Below, piece after piece: positions 47,724-54,506 of a stretch of DNA of 54,506 nt. The DNA lies in sequence record SRR16203515_2613. One strand, written 5' to 3'. A program made the translations under genes and the position numbers. The notes below the pieces were generated by a model, which did not search any database, was not told where the DNA came from, and saw nothing but the letters and a program-made list of their open reading frames with translations. Positions within the stretch are counted from its first letter, which is position 1, and the number at the start of each line of letters is the position of its first letter.

Positions 47724-47996
47724 GAGCACGGTTTTAACAGATTTTCGGAAACCGGACGAGTAAATTTTTTTATATTATTTTATTTTTTCTAACTTTTAAA
47801 ATTGTGAAGCAATGACGAGCAGAGTCTAAAAATGGAACGACATCTAAGTGGTCATTTTAAAAGTGCTGGGTGTGTTCACGCTTTTTGAAACTGGTGCTGC
47901 CTTTACGGCGCCAATCTGGGGTCACTGTTTGACCAGTCTGGGAGGGAATATCCGGCCCCCTTCCTCTTTCTCAACTTTTAAGAGACGGTAAACACT

Positions 47997-48155
47997 ATGG
48001 ATGCCTTGCTACTGCCCATAACCGCTACAGTAATCGTGGTGAGCCTGCTTTGGAGGTTCCGCTCAACAAAATGGGCGATCGGAATTATCTTTGCATTGTG
48101 CTCAATCGGGGTTTACGCGCTCTTATATCTCGGATGGGTACAGTTTCAGTTTTAG
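47997..48155 (+). CDS. Small 52-aa two-helix membrane protein, or the 3' remnant of a decayed membrane protein gene
   Basis: Read by hand: MDALLLPITATVIVVSLLWRFRSTKWAIGIIFALCSIGVYALLYLGWVQFQF*. Below the ORF-track cutoff, no clear RBS. Confidence 0.4.
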   Translation: MDALLLPITATVIVVSLLWRFRSTKWAIGIIFALCSIGVYALLYLGWVQFQF

Positions 48156-48164
48156 TTGGAGTCT

Positions 48165-49568
48165 TCACGTTTCGGTGAGTGCCAACGATTGGATCATCCT
48201 GCGATAAGCCGTTGTTGCAGCTTCCCGGTTCGGGTGCACCCCGTTTTGAACAACCTGCTTTGCCCCAACAATCACGGTTTTTACCGGATTAAACGGGCCT
48301 GAAAAAATCCAGGTATCCAGGACCTGATCGAGGGTTCGGTTAGAGAATTCAACATGGTCCGAATTCAGCTCAACGAGATCACCCCGTGACCCGGGCTGTA
48401 GTCCGCATACAAACTCGCCTTGCGCCCGGTTGCCGCCAATGACTGCGGCGTCTATGAGTGATCGACCATTACTTTTTGTAGCATCTGTAACCAGTACCGC
48501 CCGCTTTTGCCGACTCAATCTCTGTCCGTATTCAAGAAGCTGAAGCTCGTGAGCCGGAGATGTGCTGACCTGGCTGTCAGATCCAATCCCGAAAAAGCCA
48601 TTGTTTGCTATTAGCTCTGATGCGGGAAAAATACCGTCTCCTAGATTTGCTTCGGTTGCGGGGCAGAGTCCAACGGTCACGCCGCTTTTGGCAATTAGCG
48701 CTTGTTCTTTACGATCGACATGTGTCGCGTGAATCAGACACCACTGATGAGTGACATCACATTGATCGAATAACCAGCTAACGGGTCTAGCAGAATTGAC
48801 CGCCACGCAGTCATTTACTTCTTTTATCTGTTCGGCCACATGAATGTGAATCGGGGCGTCCTTAAGAATACTTTTTGCGTGCGTTATTGTGGCGTTTAAA
48901 TCTTGAGGAGAAACGGCACGTAGGGAATGGGCCGCAATGCCTATCGAGCGGTCAGAATCTTCAGCACAGAGCGAGTGGCATTCAGAAAGAAGTCTAAGAT
49001 AGCCATCTGGATCGTGAAAGAACCGATTCTGTGCGTCCTTGATCGGTTCATTTTCAAAACCGCCACGACAATAAAGCGTGGGCAGTAAAGTGATAGCGAT
49101 ACCGGCCTCTGAGGCTGCGTCGAAAAGGCGTTCCGACATTTCACTTTGGTTTGAATATGGAATGCCATCAGGCTGATGATGCAGGTAGTGAAACTCCGCA
49201 ACAGATGTATACCCCTTGACCAACATATCAATATAAAGGTAGTTAGCGATTATCTGCAGCTGTTCAGGGTTAAGTCGCGAATTAGCGCGGTACATCAGTT
49301 CGCGCCATCCCCAGAAATCATCCTGACCCGGTACTCGATGTTCGGTTAATCCCGTGATCGCTTTTTGATGCGCATGAGAGTGCAGGTTTGGGATGCCTGC
49401 AATAACAATACCCTCAAGATAAAGGTCTACATCAGAGGTTTCATCTTCCCGAACGCTCTCAATTCGGCCCTGATCACTAAATTGCACAACGCAGTTTTTC
49501 TGCCAGCCGGATGCGGTCAGCGCATTGGCGCATCGGACGGACGTTAGGCGAGAGACTGAATGGTTCAT
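48165..49568 (-). CDS. hutF: Formimidoylglutamate deiminase
   Basis: PNLHSHAHQ, DDFWGWRE.MY, GYTSVAEFHYLHH, HSLRAV, HIHVAEQ, EANLGDGIF, GSDS, LEYGQRL. Confidence 0.95.
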   Translation of the reverse strand: MNHSVSRLTSVRCANALTASGWQKNCVVQFSDQGRIESVREDETSDVDLYLEGIVIAGIPNLHSHAHQKAITGLTEHRVPGQDDFWGWRELMYRANSRLNPEQLQIIANYLYIDMLVKGYTSVAEFHYLHHQPDGIPYSNQSEMSERLFDAASEAGIAITLLPTLYCRGGFENEPIKDAQNRFFHDPDGYLRLLSECHSLCAEDSDRSIGIAAHSLRAVSPQDLNATITHAKSILKDAPIHIHVAEQIKEVNDCVAVNSARPVSWLFDQCDVTHQWCLIHATHVDRKEQALIAKSGVTVGLCPATEANLGDGIFPASELIANNGFFGIGSDSQVSTSPAHELQLLEYGQRLSRQKRAVLVTDATKSNGRSLIDAAVIGGNRAQGEFVCGLQPGSRGDLVELNSDHVEFSNRTLDQVLDTWIFSGPFNPVKTVIVGAKQVVQNGVHPNREAATTAYRRMIQSLALTET

Positions 49569-49676
49569 GCGATGTTCAGTTAATTGTGGGATGACAGATT
49601 TGTTACTGATGAGTATGACTTGTACTAACTGATGATAGACATTTTAGATTCATTTAAGCTATCCCGGCTTGGCCAT

Positions 49677-51269
49677 CTAACGCAGAATGACATCTGCAAG
49701 TTTTTCCGCCATCATGGTGACAGGCGCGTTGAGATTAGCGGTCACGTTGTGAGGCATGATTGACGCATCAACGACGCGTAATCCTTCTGTCTCGTGAACC
49801 AATCCCTCCGAATTTGTAACAGAATTATCGCCAGTTCCCATGCGACAGGTTGAGGTGGGGTGGTATTCCGTTGAGGCAGTCGCGCGGAGCCAACTCATAA
49901 TTTCATCATCGCTTTGCACGTCTTTCCCTGGTGCCAGCTCATGACTTCGCAAACCATCAAAAGCGGGTTGTGCTGCCATCTCACGTGTTCGTCTGACACC
50001 GTCGATCATAACTTGGCGATCACGCTCTGCTTCAAAAAAATGATATGAGATTGAGGGGTGATGATTGGGGTTACCTGATTTCAGCATCACCTTTCCGCGA
50101 CTCTCGGGCCGCATTAAACCCATCGAGAACATGAAACCGTCCTCAAAGTTTGCGACAGGATCACCCATATCGGCGGTCATGGCATAAAATTCATGCTGAA
50201 GATCTGCGTAGTCAACATCAGGCGAGCTCTTAAAGAAACAGCCAGTCTCGCAGATAGTTGATGCGCCTAATCCGGATTTCAACAGCATCCATTCAAGACC
50301 GATACGGTATTTCCCCAAGCCTTTGAAACTCTGAGCCCATGAAACGCCTTTTGGCGTCGCATAAGTGATCGGCACAATTTGATGATTTTCGAGATTTTTT
50401 CCGACCGCGGGGACATTGGCTACCGTGGTGATGCCGTGACTGGCGAGATGGACAGGGTCACCAACTCCCGATAACAAAAGAAGCTGAGGGGAATTGATCG
50501 CACCGCTAGATAAAATTATTTCGCGACTTGCCTCATACCGAGTCTGCCTTCCATTTTTTTCTGCAAGTACCGCAACAGCACGTTTGCCATCAAACTGAAT
50601 TTGGTGAGCCAGAGTATTCGTTAAAACGGCGAGATTTTCCCGTTGCATAACAGGATGTAAATATGCCTTCGCTGCGCTACAGCGCTGACCGTTTCGTGTG
50701 AAACTCTGGGCAACGTGAAAGCCCTCGTGTTGTTTGCCGTTCTGGTCCGAGGTAATTCCATAGCCGGCTTGTTGGCCAGCCTTCAGAAATGCCTGGTGAA
50801 GGGGGTGCGTTGCGTTGCACGTTTCTATGGTTTGCGGTCCACTGTCGCCTCGAAACTCGCTTTTACCTTTATCTGATGTTTCCATTTTTCGGAAATAAGG
50901 CAGACACTCTTCATAACGCCACTCCGAAAGGCCTTCGCTTGCCCACGCATCATAATCCTTGGGATTACCGCGATTGGCAACCATGCCATTGATAGCTGAA
51001 GAGCCTCCAAGGACTCGACCGCGATGCTCCAAAATTTGCCGCCCGTCACAGTATGGTTCAGGTTCACTGGTGTACCCCCAATCGAAACGCGGGTCACGTG
51101 CTGCCATTCCACAAGCGGCTGGCATTTGAATGAGGATGCTTCGATCATTCCCCCCAGCCTCTATCAGCAAGACCCGATTGGACGATTGCTCAGTTAGCCT
51201 GTTGGCTAGAACACATCCAGCTGATCCAGCGCCAACAATGATGTAATCAAAGATCCGATTTTGTTCCAC
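49677..51269 (-). CDS. GMC family oxidoreductase (choline dehydrogenase-like)
   Basis: DYIIVGAGSAGC, RGRVLGGSSAINGM, GAINSPQLLLLSG, YHPTSTCRMG, LRVVDASIMP, NLNAP. Substrate uncertain. Confidence 0.9.
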   Translation of the reverse strand: MEQNRIFDYIIVGAGSAGCVLANRLTEQSSNRVLLIEAGGNDRSILIQMPAACGMAARDPRFDWGYTSEPEPYCDGRQILEHRGRVLGGSSAINGMVANRGNPKDYDAWASEGLSEWRYEECLPYFRKMETSDKGKSEFRGDSGPQTIETCNATHPLHQAFLKAGQQAGYGITSDQNGKQHEGFHVAQSFTRNGQRCSAAKAYLHPVMQRENLAVLTNTLAHQIQFDGKRAVAVLAEKNGRQTRYEASREIILSSGAINSPQLLLLSGVGDPVHLASHGITTVANVPAVGKNLENHQIVPITYATPKGVSWAQSFKGLGKYRIGLEWMLLKSGLGASTICETGCFFKSSPDVDYADLQHEFYAMTADMGDPVANFEDGFMFSMGLMRPESRGKVMLKSGNPNHHPSISYHFFEAERDRQVMIDGVRRTREMAAQPAFDGLRSHELAPGKDVQSDDEIMSWLRATASTEYHPTSTCRMGTGDNSVTNSEGLVHETEGLRVVDASIMPHNVTANLNAPVTMMAEKLADVILR

Positions 51270-51574
51270 TAGGTTATCCTTGAAAAGGCTAAAGTCTAAA
51301 CTCTGATCGGCAATTCAATCGAGGTATTCCTGATAGGGCTGCCGCCCCTCACAATCATAAACTTATCTCTATATTAACGAGACAATTTTTTGAATTCTTT
51401 AAGCAAGCTTCAAATCAGAATTCAAAAACAAGATTACACTGAAGTATTACTAAATCATCACTTAAAAACAAAAAATGAAAGGAGACAAGGCGCACTTTCG
51501 TTTTGCCTTTTTGATGTTGAGATTGATTATTTTGTGACGGTCGGGACAGAAAGACAGGCGAGAACAAAAGGACT

Positions 51575-53200
51575 CTAATTAAGTGGAAGGGGGTGGTAGA
51601 CGCCTTCGAGAAACTGTTCGCGTAAGACGAATTTCTGAATCTTTCGCGAGCCCGTCATCGGAAACTCTTCTACCCGACACCAGATCGTTGGTGTTTTTTG
51701 AGGGGAAAGCCGTTCACGGCAGAAATCATGTAAATCTTTTGCGGCCGTGGGTTGATTGTCTTCCGTGCGAAAGAAGCAGGCAATCACCTCTCCCCATTTG
51801 TCATCGGGAATACCTACTACAGCCACCTCAGCAAGATCGGGATTCTCGAGCAAAGCGTTTTCGATTTCCGCGGGAAACATGTTCTCGCCTCCTCGGATAA
51901 TCATGTCTTTTACCCGGCCGGTGATTTTCAGATACCCCCGGTCATCCATACTGCCCAGATCTCCGGTGTGCAGCCAGCCGTCTGCATCGATCGCTTCATT
52001 CGTCGCCTGGGGGTTGTTGTGGTAACTGATCATGTTGCAATAGGCCCGGACGCAGATTTCCCCTACGTCGTTGACAGGCAGCACCTTCTGGGATTCCACG
52101 CTGCGGATGCTGACTTCGGTTTGCGGCAACGGCTGGCCGATGGTATCGCAAATATCCTCGATGGAATCATCGGGGAAGTGCTGGGTGATTACTGGCGACG
52201 TTTCTGTTTGTCCGTAAAGGGTCCCAAACCCACAGCCGAACAGTCGTTTAATATTCCTCACCAACTCCGGGGCAACCATGGCCCCACCCGAGGAAAACAT
52301 TTCTACTGAGGAGACGTCGTAGGACTCCTTATCCAGTGCCTCCAGTATGGCAACGAGCATAGTTGGCACGCCGAGAATAGTACTGACTTTTTCCCGTTCG
52401 ATAACTCGGCAAATGGCTGGAGGCTCAAACAGTTTGACGATCAGCATCTTGCAACCGGCCTGCAAACACCCCAGGGTGACCATGCCGCAGCCGCTGGTGT
52501 GAAACATCGGCATGATGTTGATCCACACGGAATTTCTGCTTACACCGAGACGATCTGCATAGAATCGTGCATTGTTGAGCAGGCTCAAGTGACTCAGTAC
52601 GGCACCTTTAGGAAAGCCGGTGGTGCCAGAGGTATATTGAATCATGGCCGCATCTTCTGGCTGAACACTCGGCAACACATCCACGGGGTTCAGTACGCGC
52701 CGCATCGCTTGATGATCGTTCATGTCAATACATTCGCGTATTCCACTTAGGCCGTCGCAAGCCTCAATCGAAATTTTTGCCATCGGGTTACCGCGGTAAG
52801 TCTCCACCAGAAACAAAGCGACAGATTCCGACTGATCCAGGATGTAACGTAGTTCTCTCGCCTGTAGAGCCGGATTGGCAGTGACAATGACAATGCCAGC
52901 CATCGCGCAGGCAAATTCCATGATGACCCACTCCGGCGTATTCGGTGACCACACCGTAACGCGCTCTCCGGGCAGAAATCGGCTGGCTAACGCAAACGCC
53001 TGTTCTTCACATTCAGTGAGTAAGGAGGACCAGGTCCAAGAGCGGCCAATATCGCCGTCGATATCGACCTCAACCAGCGCTGTTTCTTGGGGATAAGCTT
53101 GAGCGGTTAGCTTGAGTTGTTCGCCGATGGTGATGGATTGGACTTGGGAGTCGGTCTGAGCGGGAAACAGAGATTCGGTTAATCGAATCGCGTAACTCAT
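51575..53200 (-). CDS. AMP-binding acyl-CoA synthetase
   Basis: YTSGTTGFPKG, YGQTETSP, GWLHTGD, RVKDMIIRGGEN. Confidence 0.93.
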   Translation of the reverse strand: MSYAIRLTESLFPAQTDSQVQSITIGEQLKLTAQAYPQETALVEVDIDGDIGRSWTWSSLLTECEEQAFALASRFLPGERVTVWSPNTPEWVIMEFACAMAGIVIVTANPALQARELRYILDQSESVALFLVETYRGNPMAKISIEACDGLSGIRECIDMNDHQAMRRVLNPVDVLPSVQPEDAAMIQYTSGTTGFPKGAVLSHLSLLNNARFYADRLGVSRNSVWINIMPMFHTSGCGMVTLGCLQAGCKMLIVKLFEPPAICRVIEREKVSTILGVPTMLVAILEALDKESYDVSSVEMFSSGGAMVAPELVRNIKRLFGCGFGTLYGQTETSPVITQHFPDDSIEDICDTIGQPLPQTEVSIRSVESQKVLPVNDVGEICVRAYCNMISYHNNPQATNEAIDADGWLHTGDLGSMDDRGYLKITGRVKDMIIRGGENMFPAEIENALLENPDLAEVAVVGIPDDKWGEVIACFFRTEDNQPTAAKDLHDFCRERLSPQKTPTIWCRVEEFPMTGSRKIQKFVLREQFLEGVYHPLPLN

Positions 53201-53202
53201 CG

Positions 53203-54060
53203 CTAGTGCCCGCGGTTGGGTTCAGTTTTGCTCCCCGGGATAGGTTCGCCGGAATCCCGCTCGGCGACGGCCTGTTTGAAACCTGCTTCCTGAGCTCGAG
53301 TCTTAAATGCCACGCCTTCAGGGCTGTGGCGGGCGAATCCGTCAAACAAGGTAGCGAGTGTTTGGGTGCCGGCAAGACCCATATTGTCGTACGCCTGATT
53401 GACCAGCATCTTCGACATCGCCAACTGATTTTTGGGGATACCCTTGATGCGCTTTACAAGGCTCTGGACCGCATCGTCTAGATCATCGAGCGGGACCGCC
53501 TGTAGGACTAACCCGATCTCTTCTGCCTCTGCGCCTGTAATGAGATCTCCTGTAAACAGCATACGCTTTGCGCGCTCTGCACCGAGTCGATACACCCACA
53601 TGGCCGTCGTAGGGCAGCCCCACACCCGCGCGGGCGGATAGCCAATGCGAGCGGCTTCATTCATGATAATGATGTCCGCACATAACGCGATATCACTGCC
53701 GCCAGCCACGGCATCTCCCTGGACTTTGGCGATCACGGGTTTGGGGCATCGCCACAACGACATGAAACTGTCGGTACAGCGCTGCATGAACTGATAATCG
53801 ATCATGGCATCCCAGGGCATTTCCTGAATAGCGGGACTATCTCCTTCAGCAAAAACATTGAGGTCATAGCCCCCACAGAAACCCCGACCTGCTCCTGTTA
53901 GAACAATGACGTGAACCGCATCGTCATTGGTTCCCTGCTCAACCGCTCGCCGAAGATCGCCTGGCATGCTTTCTGTAATCGCATTGAATTTGTCCGGCCG
54001 GTTCAGCGTGATCGTTGCGACGCGTTCGTTTACCTCGTAGTCGATATCACCGATTTGCAT
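53203..54060 (-). CDS. Crotonase/enoyl-CoA hydratase family protein
   Basis: ITLNRPDKFNAI, GRGFCGGYDL, KPVIAKVQG.AVAGG. Start at ATG 54060 with a GGAG RBS. Confidence 0.9.
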   Translation of the reverse strand: MQIGDIDYEVNERVATITLNRPDKFNAITESMPGDLRRAVEQGTNDDAVHVIVLTGAGRGFCGGYDLNVFAEGDSPAIQEMPWDAMIDYQFMQRCTDSFMSLWRCPKPVIAKVQGDAVAGGSDIALCADIIIMNEAARIGYPPARVWGCPTTAMWVYRLGAERAKRMLFTGDLITGAEAEEIGLVLQAVPLDDLDDAVQSLVKRIKGIPKNQLAMSKMLVNQAYDNMGLAGTQTLATLFDGFARHSPEGVAFKTRAQEAGFKQAVAERDSGEPIPGSKTEPNRGH

Positions 54061-54073
54061 GATTGATCTCCAC

Positions 54074-54506
54074 TTAGTCTTTTTCAGATGGATTGGAAAA
54101 CTGTCCTGCACCACGAATACCTTCCTGAAACAATGCTTTTCGCCCGTTGTGCCATTCATAAGTCATGGCCTCCCGCAGGGTTTTCCCGTGCTGGTTTTTC
54201 AAAGAACGCCGGTCTGCGCGAACACAAATCTGCGGGTGGGCGGCAATTTCATGAGCAAGAGCTTCCGCTTTCTCTCGGCACTCACCCTTCTCGACAAGAT
54301 ATTCACATAGCCCGATCGCAAGAGATTCATCAGCATCGATGCGGCGTCCGGTAAGGATAATTTCCCGAGCACGGCCCTCGCCGACTAATCGAGGTAAACG
54401 AACTGTACCGCCGTCGATAAGCGGAATACCCCAACGGCGGCAGTAGACCCCCATGAAGGCGGTCTCTTCCATCACCCGGATATCGCACCAAAGCGCCAGT
54501 TCCATG
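54074..54506 (-). CDS. Crotonase/enoyl-CoA hydratase family protein, C-terminal part (start outside the window)
   Basis: ELALWCDIRV, GVYCRRWGIPLIDGGTVRLPRLVG, ILTGR. Confidence 0.88.
   Translation of the reverse strand, partial: MELALWCDIRVMEETAFMGVYCRRWGIPLIDGGTVRLPRLVGEGRAREIILTGRRIDADESLAIGLCEYLVEKGECREKAEALAHEIAAHPQICVRADRRSLKNQHGKTLREAMTYEWHNGRKALFQEGIRGAGQFSNPSEKD

Noticed and set aside
49600-49640. HutC operator upstream of hutF (CTTGTACTAAC)
   Set aside because: Only a half match to the TGTA-N2-TACA palindrome, and no hutC is in the window.
49677-51269. Calling the GMC enzyme betA
   Set aside because: No betB or betI is adjacent, and GMC motifs are shared by many paralogs with other substrates.
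1-54506. rRNA, tRNA, CRISPR array, IS/integrase/phage genes, defence systems
   Set aside because: None recognised by eye. Nearly all sequence is explained by metabolic CDSs, and no regularly spaced DNA repeat was seen. A covariance-model search was not run.
51575-54506. Acyl-CoA ligase and crotonases as dmdB/dmdD
   Set aside because: They lie more than 20 kb from dmdA, show only generic family motifs, and look like an ordinary acyl-CoA catabolic operon.

Overview
Gene-dense bacterial chromosome segment of about 50% GC. The gene content (dmdA, betaine/TMAO-type ABC transporter, GcvT-family amine dehydrogenase, many Fe/2OG and Rieske oxygenases) fits a marine heterotrophic proteobacterium; this is an inference. 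No rRNA, tRNA, CRISPR array, transposase, integrase or phage gene was recognised. In order, the window holds: (1) a MocD-like desaturase with an SDR, a VOC protein, PhyH, a second SDR and two atypical ureohydrolases flanking a BesD-like oxygenase; (2) a Cys-rich repeat lipoprotein and an EamA/PhyH chimeric gene scar; (3) the DUF3604-PPIase-HupE/UreJ triad; (4) selO with a Rieske oxygenase, then panE-like, rraA and a catalytically degenerate thermonuclease; (5) a Tat-exported Dpp/Opp-type ABC system with an aminotransferase and GlcG; (6) dmdA heading an operon with a CaiB CoA-transferase, an acyl-CoA dehydrogenase and a CoA-ester lyase, divergent from PhyH plus an unusual homocysteine methyltransferase; (7) a DeoR-linked ABC/choline kinase/GcvT dehydrogenase/esterase operon; (8) oxyR divergent from rubrerythrin, an Fe-S oxidoreductase and DUF3501, with a clear OxyR box; (9) hutF, hutH, def and hutU with no hutG or hutI; (10) a GMC oxidoreductase, an acyl-CoA ligase and two crotonases. 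The best candidates for undescribed biology are a peptide deformylase translationally coupled inside a hutF-type histidine operon (possible HutG replacement), the non-canonical dmdA operon, the kinase/demethylase/esterase operon and the twin ureohydrolase cluster. All family calls come from motif recognition by eye; no database searches were run.
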